Positions 31,465 through 40,159 of a stretch of 44,275 nt of DNA are shown one piece after another. Source of the DNA: a virus. Numbering within the stretch: position 1 is the first letter of the stretch; every line of letters begins with the position of its first letter. The notes below the pieces were generated by a model. The model was given only the letters and a program-made list of their open reading frames with translations. It made no database searches and was not told where the DNA came from. Location of the stretch: IMG/VR virus record IMGVR_UViG_3300031716_000019, one strand, 5' to 3'. Position numbers and translations under genes: made by a program.

Positions 31465-31607
31465 TACTCCTTTGGGAAAGAACCACGAATGGCGGTAAGA
31501 AAAGTCGATTGGGCGCCGTTCACGGTTTTACTCGTGCCGACGACACCGTAGCCGCGAGCAGTGCAATGCCATAAACCGCCGCGGAAATAAAATAGGAATC
31601 TGCGCAT
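31464..31607 (-). CDS. Possible 47-aa ORF in the leader of the leftward accessory transcript
   Basis: The in-frame ATG at 31607 is preceded by a degenerate dyad element (TCGGAGTCTAACC). Composition is unconvincing. Confidence 0.2.
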   Translation of the reverse strand: MRRFLFYFRGGLWHCTARGYGVVGTSKTVNGAQSTFLTAIRGSFPKE

Positions 31608-31638
31608 CGATTGGTTAGACTCCGATCTAGCCTTCAAG

Positions 31639-31667
31639 ATTATATTTTGCATTTGCGAAACCATCAA
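31639..31667 (-). promoter_or_regulatory. Leftward promoter (TTGATG-N17-TATAAT) overlapping the late promoter
   Basis: -10 is the reverse complement of 31639-31644 and -35 the reverse complement of 31662-31667. The spacer holds TTTCGCAAATGC (31649-31660). Confidence 0.5.
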
Positions 31668-31675
31668 AGGATAAT
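31647..31675 (+). promoter_or_regulatory. Late-operon promoter candidate (TTGCAT-N17-GATAAT)
   Basis: -35 at 31647-31652 and -10 at 31670-31675. The predicted start falls in the perfect dyad at 31677-31691. It lies 30 nt upstream of terS. Confidence 0.5.
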
Positions 31676-31677
31676 AG

Positions 31678-31690
31678 TTAGGAATCCTAA
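31678..31690. repeat. Dyad element copy A10 (TTAGGAATCCTAA; 15-bp perfect palindrome GTTAGGA-A-TCCTAAC)
   Basis: Located at the predicted +1 of the late promoter, 16 nt before terS ATG 31706. Confidence 0.8.
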
Positions 31691-31705
31691 CTAAAGCTGC
31701 TCCAC

Positions 31706-32278
31706 ATGAGCAAACCACGCAATGCGATTGCCGGCCAGCCCATCGACACCACGCCCGACGAAGAGCGGCGCGAGGCGTTTGTGCTCGCCTATTTCGATAC
31801 AGGGCACCAGGCCAAAGCCGCGTTGATTGCCGGTGTGCACATCAACACCGCGGCGAAGTGGACTCGTGAGAAGTGGTTCGCCGATGCAACGAAAGACCTG
31901 AAGCGCTCGCTCGATCGGCGCATGGACGGCCGGATCAGCAAGATCCTCGACAAAGCGCTCGACCGGCTTGAAGACCGCATCGAGCATGGCGACGAGAAGG
32001 TGCTGCTCACGAAGACCGGCGTGATCCGGGAAACGCAGCCGATCAGCGCGCGCGACCTGGCCGTAGTCACGGGAGTCCTGTTCGACAAGCGCGCGGCGAT
32101 CCGCCGTGAGCCCGACCAAGACGACAAGGCGGCGAGCGCTCTCGAGCGTATCGCCGACAAGCTGCGCCAGTACGGCGCCACTGAGAACCGCGACGCGCTG
32201 CGCGACACCGCGACGGTCGATGTCGAAGTGCGCGAGGTCGAGACGGAGAACGCAACCGAGAACGAGGACTTGGTATGA
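31706..32278 (+). CDS. terS: Terminase small subunit
   Basis: N-terminal HTH-like FVLAYFDTGHQAKAALIAGVHINTAAKW. It lies upstream of terL and is the first gene of the late operon. Confidence 0.7.
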   Translation: MSKPRNAIAGQPIDTTPDEERREAFVLAYFDTGHQAKAALIAGVHINTAAKWTREKWFADATKDLKRSLDRRMDGRISKILDKALDRLEDRIEHGDEKVLLTKTGVIRETQPISARDLAVVTGVLFDKRAAIRREPDQDDKAASALERIADKLRQYGATENRDALRDTATVDVEVREVETENATENEDLV

Positions 32279-32463
32279 AAATAACCCAGTCTGACGCCGA
32301 GAATATTTGCATCGCCATCATGCAGTGGCGGACGGCGGACGGAAAAGCGACTTCGTGGGGGCATGACATCGCGACGCGGATACTAGCCGATATATGCGCA
32401 ACAGGTCGCGTCGTGCTTGAGGTAGGAGAGATCGAATGCTCTACGACCACAGCGGATCGATGA
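32275..32463 (+). CDS. Hypothetical protein (62 aa)
   Basis: ORF track. ATGA overlap with terS. Confidence 0.5.
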   Translation: MKITQSDAENICIAIMQWRTADGKATSWGHDIATRILADICATGRVVLEVGEIECSTTTADR

Positions 32464-32564
32464 AGCTGGTTTTAATACTTGCGGCATCTATCGCTCTGTG
32501 GCTCGGCGTCTCGTACCTGACGCTATGGATTTTGGATCGTCTTAACGCTCGAAAAAGGAAATGA
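32460..32564 (+). CDS. 34-aa membrane peptide
   Basis: Hand translation: MKLVLILAASIALWLGVSYLTLWILDRLNARKRK. ATGA overlaps at both ends. Confidence 0.35.
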   Translation: MKLVLILAASIALWLGVSYLTLWILDRLNARKRK

Positions 32565-32707
32565 ACATGGCCGCATCCCGTGCGCACAAGGACCAGAAAG
32601 GACAGTCGCGAGCCCCGAAGAAGGCACCGGCCGATCGTAAGACGCTCAGCGGTACGGGGCAGTCGACGTCGAGCAAGAAGCCCAAGCGCATCGTCTGTAA
32701 GGACTGA
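32561..32707 (+). CDS. Basic 48-aa protein
   Basis: Hand translation: MNMAASRAHKDQKGQSRAPKKAPADRKTLSGTGQSTSSKKPKRIVCKD. Confidence 0.35.
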   Translation: MNMAASRAHKDQKGQSRAPKKAPADRKTLSGTGQSTSSKKPKRIVCKD

Positions 32708-32709
32708 CC

Positions 32710-32886
32710 ATGCCGGACGAAAAAGCCAAAGTGATCGAACTGCGATCAAGGGATCCGCTCACCGGCCAGCTTCAGGACGATCTTCTTGCCGTGATTTGGG
32801 GGGATAAGTACGCGAATCTCCCAAATGCCAACGTGGTCGGTGTGCTTGAGTTCCTGAAGTGGAATTTGATAAACCGTAGCGACTGA
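32710..32886 (+). CDS. Hypothetical 58-aa protein
   Basis: Hand translation: MPDEKAKVIELRSRDPLTGQLQDDLLAVIWGDKYANLPNANVVGVLEFLKWNLINRSD. The stop overlaps the terL ATG. Confidence 0.45.
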   Translation: MPDEKAKVIELRSRDPLTGQLQDDLLAVIWGDKYANLPNANVVGVLEFLKWNLINRSD

Positions 32887-34418
32887 TGCAGGTATCCCGC
32901 TCACCCACGCAAACAGCGCGATCGACGAAGCCCCCACCGAAGATGGCGAAGGGCAAGCTCGATGTTGCGCTGATCGAAGGGTTTCAGCGGATGTACCTGT
33001 GGGATGGGTTCGACGATCCGGCACCAACCGCGCCGTTTCACCGGACGATGTGGGAAGAGGCGTGTAACCCAGGGTTGAAGTATTGCGCCTGGGCCGCACC
33101 GCGCGGGCACTCGAAGTCGACGTCGATCACGCACACGTTCGCGATGGCCGTCATCCTGTTTCGGATGCGCGACCACATCATGATCGTCTCGGACTCCGAA
33201 ACTCAGGCCGTGCACCAGCTCAAGGAAATCAAGAACGATTTCTACGAGAACGAAGACCTGTGCGCAGACTTCCAGTTTCGGCAGTTCCTGAAGGACACGG
33301 AAACCGAAATCATCCTCGAGTTCGCGGATGGCCATGTGGTGCGGGTCATCGCGAAGGGCAGCGAGCAGCGTCTGCGTGGCCTGAAGTGGCGCGGCAAGCG
33401 ACCAAACATGGTGCTCGGCGACGATCTGGAGTTCGACGAGATCGTGACGAACCCGGAGCGCCTGAAGAAGTTCAAGGCATGGTTCTTCAAGCAGCTGTTG
33501 CCGGCGGGTTCGAAAGATTGCCTGTTTCGCATCGTCGGCACGATCCTGTCGTTTAACTCGCTGCTGATGGACTTGATGAGCGACGCGCAATGGACGACGC
33601 ACCTGTGGGCTGCACATCACTCGTTCGACGACTTCAGCGAGATTCTGTGGCCGGATGCTTGGACCGAAGAGCGACTGCGCGAGACGCGGCAGGTGTTCGT
33701 CAACCAGGGGCAGTCGGATGCGTACTCGCAGGAATACCTGAACCAGCCGATCGCCGAGGGCAACAGCTTCTTCGACCGCGACGATCTGCTCGACATCCCG
33801 GAAGAGCACTACCGCGACTGGGAACACAACCCCGGCCGGCGCCCAGTGAACTTCTACGCCTCGGTGGACTTGGCCGTGTCGACGCGCCAGAGCGCGGACC
33901 GCTCGGTTATCTCGGTCGCGACGCTCGACGCGGCGCAGAACCTCGACCTGATCGACGTGAAGAAGGGCCGCTGGGAACCGAAGACGCTGGTCGACCAGAT
34001 TTTCGCCGTGCACGAAGAGTACGAACCCGATACGTGGTTCGTCGAGTCGGGCACGATCTTGAAAGCGCTGGGGCCGTACTTGAACGAGGAAATGGCGCGG
34101 CGCAACTGCTTCTTGACGCTGCACCTGATGATCCCGAGCAAGGACAAAGTGACACGCGCGAAGTCGATCCAGGCGCGGATCAAGGCGCGGCGCGTGCGCT
34201 TTGACAAGAGCGCGGACTGGTACGACGACGTCGAGCAGGAAATGCTGCAGTTCCCTCGCGGCGCGCACGATGACGTGGTCGACACGTTGAGCCAGTTTGG
34301 GCTGGCGCTCGATCAGGTCGTCACGCCACCCACGGAAGAAGAGGTCGAGGAAGAAGAGTACGCCGCTGAAGTGGCGGGCGCATACCAACAAGGCAGAAGC
34401 AAAACGACCGGGTATTGA
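32886..34418 (+). CDS. terL: Terminase large subunit
   Basis: Walker A-like AAPRGHSKST, Walker B MVLGDDLE, and a C-terminal RNase H-like nuclease (DLAVS..; HDDVVD). An alternative start lies at 32943. Confidence 0.93.
   Translation: MQVSRSPTQTARSTKPPPKMAKGKLDVALIEGFQRMYLWDGFDDPAPTAPFHRTMWEEACNPGLKYCAWAAPRGHSKSTSITHTFAMAVILFRMRDHIMIVSDSETQAVHQLKEIKNDFYENEDLCADFQFRQFLKDTETEIILEFADGHVVRVIAKGSEQRLRGLKWRGKRPNMVLGDDLEFDEIVTNPERLKKFKAWFFKQLLPAGSKDCLFRIVGTILSFNSLLMDLMSDAQWTTHLWAAHHSFDDFSEILWPDAWTEERLRETRQVFVNQGQSDAYSQEYLNQPIAEGNSFFDRDDLLDIPEEHYRDWEHNPGRRPVNFYASVDLAVSTRQSADRSVISVATLDAAQNLDLIDVKKGRWEPKTLVDQIFAVHEEYEPDTWFVESGTILKALGPYLNEEMARRNCFLTLHLMIPSKDKVTRAKSIQARIKARRVRFDKSADWYDDVEQEMLQFPRGAHDDVVDTLSQFGLALDQVVTPPTEEEVEEEEYAAEVAGAYQQGRSKTTGY
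33188..33200. repeat. Dyad element copy A11 (CTCGGACTCCGAA; perfect core TCGGA-C-TCCGA) inside terL
   Basis: It is the only copy oriented against local transcription. It codes SDSE. Confidence 0.55.
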
Positions 34419-34420
34419 GC

Positions 34421-36565
34421 ATGGAACTGAACAAGCACCTGAGCCTTGGGGCCATCATTTCGTCGAACAACGTCGTCGAAATGATGCACGAGGACGACGT
34501 GAAGAACGTCGGCGAGATGATCCGCCGACATTACCAGACCGACAAGCAATCGCGCGCCGAGTGGGAAGACCGGTATGCGGACGCGGAAAAGCTCGTCATG
34601 CAGCTCGCCGAGGAAAAGACGTTCCCGTGGCCCGGTGCGAGCAACGTCAAGTTCCCGCTGCTAACGATCGCGGCGCTTCAGTACCACGCCCGTGCGTATC
34701 CGGCGCTCGTGCGCGGCGCACAACCGGTGAACTGTCGCGTGATCGGCGAAGACCCGGATGGCCAGAAGACGGCGCGCGCGAAGCGCGTTTCGCAGCACAT
34801 GTCGTTTCAGGTCATGGAAGAGGACACCCAATGGGAAGACAGCACCGATAAGGCGCTGATCGTCCAGGCGATCATGGGCTGCGCGTTCAAGAAGACCTAT
34901 TCGAGCTCGAGCTATCACCACGTGGTGAGCGAGCTCGTGATGCCGAAGGACTTGGTCATCAACTACTACGCGAAGTCGCTCGAAGACGCGCCGCGCATGA
35001 CGCACGTCATCGGCCTGTCGCGTGACGAGGTCGAAGAGCGCGTTCGCCGCGGCTTGTTTGCGCGGCCGGCAGAGACCTATGGCGCCGAAGGTGACGACGA
35101 TATCCCGTCGCCCCGCGCGCTGCCGCCCGCGAGCGTCATCAACCACGCCGAGAACGAAATCAGCGGCGTGCAGCACCCGGCGATCGATGACGACACGCCA
35201 ATCATAATGCTCGAGCAGCACTTCTGGCTCGACCTCGACGGCGACGGCATGCGGGAGCCCTACATCGGTTTCGTGCGCGAGGACGACGGCGTGCTCTATC
35301 GGCTCGTCGCGCGCTTCGAAAACGACAAGGTCGAGCGCAACGCGGCCGGCGAGATCGTACGCATCGAGCCCGAACACTACTTCACGAAGTACGAATTCAT
35401 CCCGTCGCCGGACGGCTCGATCTATGGCATGGGCTTCGGCATGCTGCTCGGCGCCACGAACGAGTCGATCAACACGCTCGTGAACCAGCTGATCGATGCC
35501 GGCACGATGTCGAACCTCGGCGGCGGCTTCCTCGCGCGCGGCGTGCGCGTGCGCGGCGGCGAGTACGCATTCAAGCCGCAAGAATGGAAGCGCACCGATT
35601 CGACGGCGGAAGACCTGCATAAAGGCGTCTACCCGCTGCCGATCCGCGAGCCGTCAGCCGTGCTGTTCCAGCTGCTGAACCTCCTGATCGACTGGGGATC
35701 ACGTATCGGCATGGCGACAGATGCCGCGACCGGCCAGAACCCCGGACAGAACCAGAAGGTCGGCACGACCGAGGCTGTGATCGAGCAGGGTGAGAAGGTC
35801 TTCAACGGCATCTACAAGCGTACGTACCGCGCGATGAAGAAGGAGTTCCGGCTGATCTATCGCCTGAACTACCTCGCCGAACCCTCGACGGGCCGATTCG
35901 ACTACGCCGACGAGTCGGGCAATGGCGGCTACGCGCTGTGGACCGATTACTTCGAATCGAACAAGGCGATTGTGCCGGCCGCAGACCCGAGCATCGCCTC
36001 GCGCGAGAAGCTCCTGCAGCGTGACATGACGGTGCGCCAGTTGGCGAGCAGCATGCCTGGGTACAACCGCTACGCCGTCGAGCGCCGCGTGCTCGAGGGA
36101 CTCGAAGTACCGAACATCGACGAGATTTTCCCGAAACCCGGCACGCCTGGCGCGCAGCAACCGTCGCCACCCCCACCGGTGATGATCGCGCAGATCAAGG
36201 CGCAGACCGAGCAGGCGAAGTTGCAAGCGGCCGATCGTCGTCACCAGCTCGAGCTCATGGAAAACGCGCGGCTGAACCAAGCCAAGATCGTGTTGCTCGA
36301 GGCGCAGGCGCTGAAACTGCGCACTGAGGCTGGCGTCGCGGAGAACGGGCAGATTCTCGACTTGATGAATCACGAACTGGACGCCGCCAAGGCGTACCAG
36401 GACCAAATGACGTCGGCGATCGACGGCTACACGAAGCTTTTTGAGTCACAACAAGCGCAAGGAGGAACAGGTGGGGGGAATTCTCAGCAGGGAGCAGTGG
36501 CAGGCATGGACGCAGCAGGAGGAAACCAAGCAGTTCCTGGCATTCCTGGCGGCGCTGCGGGCTGA
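34421..36565 (+). CDS. Portal protein
   Basis: About 715 aa, immediately after terL. ATG at 34421 (the track starts at TTG 34415). The C-terminal tail is Q/G-rich. Confidence 0.88.
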   Translation: MELNKHLSLGAIISSNNVVEMMHEDDVKNVGEMIRRHYQTDKQSRAEWEDRYADAEKLVMQLAEEKTFPWPGASNVKFPLLTIAALQYHARAYPALVRGAQPVNCRVIGEDPDGQKTARAKRVSQHMSFQVMEEDTQWEDSTDKALIVQAIMGCAFKKTYSSSSYHHVVSELVMPKDLVINYYAKSLEDAPRMTHVIGLSRDEVEERVRRGLFARPAETYGAEGDDDIPSPRALPPASVINHAENEISGVQHPAIDDDTPIIMLEQHFWLDLDGDGMREPYIGFVREDDGVLYRLVARFENDKVERNAAGEIVRIEPEHYFTKYEFIPSPDGSIYGMGFGMLLGATNESINTLVNQLIDAGTMSNLGGGFLARGVRVRGGEYAFKPQEWKRTDSTAEDLHKGVYPLPIREPSAVLFQLLNLLIDWGSRIGMATDAATGQNPGQNQKVGTTEAVIEQGEKVFNGIYKRTYRAMKKEFRLIYRLNYLAEPSTGRFDYADESGNGGYALWTDYFESNKAIVPAADPSIASREKLLQRDMTVRQLASSMPGYNRYAVERRVLEGLEVPNIDEIFPKPGTPGAQQPSPPPPVMIAQIKAQTEQAKLQAADRRHQLELMENARLNQAKIVLLEAQALKLRTEAGVAENGQILDLMNHELDAAKAYQDQMTSAIDGYTKLFESQQAQGGTGGGNSQQGAVAGMDAAGGNQAVPGIPGGAAG

Positions 36566-36725
36566 CGCACAGCGCGCGTGGAGCGCGGGGCAGTTCACGC
36601 CCAGCGGCGCGCCGATGGATGTGATCGCGGCCATGAATATCGCCGCGGTCGAGAAGGTGAAGACCATCGAAGCAATTGCCGAGATGGATTACGACGAATA
36701 CCTCAACGCAATGAAGGGTGAGTGA
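36471..36725 (+). CDS. Hypothetical head-module protein overlapping the portal 3' end
   Basis: GTG start preceded by AAGGAGG. It overlaps the portal gene by 95 nt in another frame. Confidence 0.45.
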   Translation: MGGILSREQWQAWTQQEETKQFLAFLAALRADAQRAWSAGQFTPSGAPMDVIAAMNIAAVEKVKTIEAIAEMDYDEYLNAMKGE

Positions 36726-36726
36726 A

Positions 36727-37047
36727 ATGCAAAACACATCGGGGTTCATCCCGCTCGGTCACCGGCTGCTCGTCCTCCCGGACAGCGTCGAGAAGAAGAC
36801 GGGCAGCGGCATCGTGCTCGTTGAAGAGACGACCGGTCGCGACGAAATGGCGCAGGTCAAGGGCACGGTCGTAGCCGTGGGCGACGGCTGCTGGAAGGAC
36901 ACGCCGACAGCGGAATGGGCGAAGCCGGGTGACCGCATCGTCTTCGGCAAATTCGCGGGGCTCCTGTACAGCGGCAGCGATGGCGCGAAGTACCGCATCT
37001 TGAACGACCTCGATGTGGTCGGCTTGGAGGTGGAAAATGTCGCTTGA
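36727..37047 (+). CDS. GroES-like co-chaperonin (Cpn10 family)
   Basis: IPLGHRLLVLPDSVEKKTGSGIVLVEET..KGTVVAVGDG..GDRIVFGKFAG follows the Cpn10 pattern. Confidence 0.75.
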   Translation: MQNTSGFIPLGHRLLVLPDSVEKKTGSGIVLVEETTGRDEMAQVKGTVVAVGDGCWKDTPTAEWAKPGDRIVFGKFAGLLYSGSDGAKYRILNDLDVVGLEVENVA

Positions 37048-37951
37048 TGCCGACGATACCCCGGACCTCGAAAACGCCAATCTTGACGGCGCTGAAATCC
37101 CGGAATATGGTTCGACTGACGATACCCGCACTTTGTCAAATGCAGGTGAGGGTGGTGATGTAGAAGCGCAGGCTCGCGCGCTCGGCTGGGTTCCCGAAGA
37201 TGAGTACACGGGCAACCCGTCGAAGTGGGCCGACGCAGAGACGTTTCTCGAAGTGCATGCCCGCAACAATGGTTCGCTGCGTAAAGCCGTAGCGAAACAG
37301 GCCGATGAGTTGGCCGAGTTGCGCCGGCAGATGCAAGGCATGGATGCCGCGCACAAGCGGATCTTTGACCTTCAGATTAAAAAGCAAAAGGACGAGTTCG
37401 ATCAGCAGATCGCGTTCCTGAAAGCGCAAAAGAAAGAAGCGTTGCGAGCCGGCGAGCACGAAACCGCTGCGGATATCGACGATCAACTCGATAGCCTGCG
37501 CGAACGTGGTCCTGAGCTTCCCGACCTTCCTGAAGGCACTTCACCCAAAACCACACCGCAAGCTCAAGACTGGCGCAAGAACCCGACTCTGGTGGAATGG
37601 GCTGGGCGCAATCCGTGGTTCGAGAAGGACGAGGATATGTCGGCGTACGCCGGCGGGATGGGTCAGCAGATCCGCAACGCCAACCCCGATATGCCCTTCG
37701 AAGCCTTGCTCGAGGAAGTCACGAAGCGTGTCAAACGAGCCTTTCCGCAGAAGTTCGCGGCCGGTCGGCGCAACCCCGTCGAAGGGGCAACGCCAGGAGC
37801 CACAGGTGGCGCAGGCGCAGGGCGAAACTCTTATGAGGCGCTGCCGCGCGAGGCAAAGCAGGCGTGCGACGAAGCCGTGGCAGAAGGCGGCATTACGCGC
37901 AAGCAATGGGTGGAGCTGTACCACGGATACGATGATCGGAGAAAGCGATGA
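37037..37951 (+). CDS. Scaffolding-like coiled-coil protein
   Basis: In-frame ATG (MSLDADD). Acidic N-terminus and long charged coiled-coil region. It lies between the portal and capsid genes. Confidence 0.55.
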   Translation: MSLDADDTPDLENANLDGAEIPEYGSTDDTRTLSNAGEGGDVEAQARALGWVPEDEYTGNPSKWADAETFLEVHARNNGSLRKAVAKQADELAELRRQMQGMDAAHKRIFDLQIKKQKDEFDQQIAFLKAQKKEALRAGEHETAADIDDQLDSLRERGPELPDLPEGTSPKTTPQAQDWRKNPTLVEWAGRNPWFEKDEDMSAYAGGMGQQIRNANPDMPFEALLEEVTKRVKRAFPQKFAAGRRNPVEGATPGATGGAGAGRNSYEALPREAKQACDEAVAEGGITRKQWVELYHGYDDRRKR

Positions 37952-38526
37952 GCCGCAGCCGCGAACGTTTGGAAGCACTTGCAGCCGGAGTTTCAGTTAG
38001 GACTCCTGACAATTCGGATTTGGTCGGCGAGGCACCAGTGCGCTCGCAGACTGATCGAGAGGTGAAGACGATCCGCACGCGACAGCGCGGCGTCTTCAAC
38101 GGTACGAACAAGCGCCTCGAGGTGCTCACGCAAATCCCCGGCTATGTGCAGCGGTGGTTTAACGAGACGCCGGGGCGCCTCGAGCGCGCCGAGTCGGGCG
38201 GCTGGGAATTCGTCGAGCGCAGTGAAGTGTCGCTCGCCGAGAGCAACAAGGTCGTCGAGCGCAATTCGGACGTGGGCAACCGCATCCGCGCGATCGTCGG
38301 CACGACGGACCAGAACACGCCGCTGTACGCCTACTTGATGAAGATCAAGCAGGAATGGTTCGAAGAGGACCAGCAAGAATCGGTGCAGACAATCGCCAAG
38401 AGCGAGCGCGACATGCTGCGCAACGGCGGGATGAACACCGATCGAATCGGCGAGAAGTACCTGCCCGATCAGCGCAAGCAAGCGCTGGTGGTGCAGCAGG
38501 GCGAATTCGGACGAACGGTTAGTTAA
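37948..38526 (+). CDS. Hypothetical head-morphogenesis protein
   Basis: ORF track. ATGA overlap with the upstream gene. Contains dyad copy A12 about 50 nt into the ORF. Confidence 0.5.
   Translation: MSRSRERLEALAAGVSVRTPDNSDLVGEAPVRSQTDREVKTIRTRQRGVFNGTNKRLEVLTQIPGYVQRWFNETPGRLERAESGGWEFVERSEVSLAESNKVVERNSDVGNRIRAIVGTTDQNTPLYAYLMKIKQEWFEEDQQESVQTIAKSERDMLRNGGMNTDRIGEKYLPDQRKQALVVQQGEFGRTVS
37997..38009. repeat. Dyad element copy A12 (TTAGGACTCCTGA)
   Basis: Read in frame as VRTPD within 37948..38526. Confidence 0.6.
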
Positions 38527-38540
38527 ACAGGAGAGAAGCA

Positions 38541-39164
38541 ATGGCAAACGTGGTCGCCCCGATGGGGTTTTCACCGGTTCGCGGCGTCGGCGTGTATACC
38601 GGGCAGACGAACACCTACGTCATTCCCGCGACGGACACCAATCAATACCAGATTGGCGACGCCGTGAAGTCTGTAGCAGGTGGTGATGCGAACGGTATCC
38701 CGGCGATCACGAAGTCGACGGGCGCCGCGGCCGAGTATCAACGCGGCGTCATCGTCGGCGTGTTGGCGGTCCCCGCAATCGGTACGCCGTCGCTGATCGG
38801 CACGCCGCTCGCGCTTGAGGTCATCAATGTACCGGCCGCGAAGACGCACGATTACTACGTGGTCGTCAACGACGACCCGAACGCGCTTTACGAGATCGCG
38901 GACGATGGGCTGACCGCGCTCACGGCAGCAGCTTGCAACAAGAACGCAGCGTTCACGCCGACGAACCCGACTCCGCCGTTGCAGATTTCCGCGACGACGC
39001 TCACCACGGGCTCTGTCGCAACGACCGCAACCCTACCGTTGAAGATGATGGGCCTGTCGCAGCGTCCGGCCCCTGGTGGTGGCAACACTCTCGGCGCAAA
39101 CGCCCGTTGGATCGTGAAATTCAATCTTCACGAGCTGTCGGGTTCCGGCGTCGCCGGCGCGTAA
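38541..39164 (+). CDS. Head decoration / cement protein candidate
   Basis: 207-aa beta-rich protein directly upstream of the major capsid gene. GGAGAG SD. The assignment is positional. Confidence 0.45.
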   Translation: MANVVAPMGFSPVRGVGVYTGQTNTYVIPATDTNQYQIGDAVKSVAGGDANGIPAITKSTGAAAEYQRGVIVGVLAVPAIGTPSLIGTPLALEVINVPAAKTHDYYVVVNDDPNALYEIADDGLTALTAAACNKNAAFTPTNPTPPLQISATTLTTGSVATTATLPLKMMGLSQRPAPGGGNTLGANARWIVKFNLHELSGSGVAGA

Positions 39165-39191
39165 TAACACAGGCTATCAAGGAGAAAGAAA

Positions 39192-40109
39192 ATGGCAGGT
39201 GGCGTAATCAATACCGGTTCAGAAGCAAAACTGCTGTGGCCTGGGCTATTTGCAACCTTCGGCCGCGAGTACAACGAAACGGCGCAGGAGTGGAAATCGC
39301 TCGTCGACGTCTTCAGCTCGAAGAAGCAGTACGAAGAAATCGTGCAGATCGTCGGCTACGGCGCGGCTCCGGCCAAGCCCGAAGGCCAGCCGACGATGTA
39401 CGACAGCGAATGGCAGGGCTTCGTGACGCGATTCATTCACATCGCGTACGGTCTGGGCTACATCGTCACGCAGGAAGAGATCGACGACAACCTGTATCCG
39501 CAGGTCGCGAACGAGCGCACTGGTGCGCTGGGCTTCTCGTTCCGCCAAACGAAGGAAACGGTCGTCGCGAACTTCTACAACACAATGGGCACGCGCCTTG
39601 GCTCGGACGGCGTGCCGTTCATCTCGTCGGCGCACCCGCTGCAAGGTGGCGGCACGGGCTCAAATACGCTGTCGGTGCCCGCTGACTTGTCGGAAGCCGC
39701 GCTCGAGGATTTGACGATCCAGATGTGGCTGACGACGGACGACCGCGGCAACCGCATCTCGTTGATGCCGCGTTCGCTGATCGTGCCGGCGCAGGAAATG
39801 TACAACGCGCAACGCATCCTGAAGTCGACGTTCCAGAGCGGCACCGCGAACAACGACATCAACGCGCTCAAGTACCTGAACATGTTCCCGGAAGGCGTGA
39901 AGATGAACCGGTACCTGTCGGCGCCGCATACGTTCTTCATCCGCACGAACATCATGGCGAAGCAAGGGCCTATTTTGTTCCAGCGAAATCCGATTCGCTT
40001 CTCGGATGACGGGGATTTCGATTCGGGCAACGTGAAGTACAAGGCCTACGAGCGCTATTCAGTGGGAATGGCTGACTGGCGCGGTGTCTTCGGATCGGTG
40101 GGGCCATAG
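39192..40109 (+). CDS. Major capsid protein
   Basis: 305 aa with a strong SD (AAGGAGAAAG). It lies after the scaffold/decoration genes and is followed by a strong hairpin. Confidence 0.8.
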   Translation: MAGGVINTGSEAKLLWPGLFATFGREYNETAQEWKSLVDVFSSKKQYEEIVQIVGYGAAPAKPEGQPTMYDSEWQGFVTRFIHIAYGLGYIVTQEEIDDNLYPQVANERTGALGFSFRQTKETVVANFYNTMGTRLGSDGVPFISSAHPLQGGGTGSNTLSVPADLSEAALEDLTIQMWLTTDDRGNRISLMPRSLIVPAQEMYNAQRILKSTFQSGTANNDINALKYLNMFPEGVKMNRYLSAPHTFFIRTNIMAKQGPILFQRNPIRFSDDGDFDSGNVKYKAYERYSVGMADWRGVFGSVGP

Positions 40110-40122
40110 CCCTCCAATCGGC

Positions 40123-40158
40123 TATATAATGTGACCCTCCTAGCCAAGAGGGTCACAT
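40123..40158 (+). promoter_or_regulatory. TATATAAT box fused to an 11-bp perfect hairpin that sequesters the SD of the endonuclease gene
   Basis: TATAAT at 40125-40130. The stem ATGTGACCCTC / GAGGGTCACAT spans 40129-40158 with an 8-nt loop. GAGG (40148-40151) lies in the 3' arm. ATG at 40160. Confidence 0.5.
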
Positions 40159-40159
40159 C

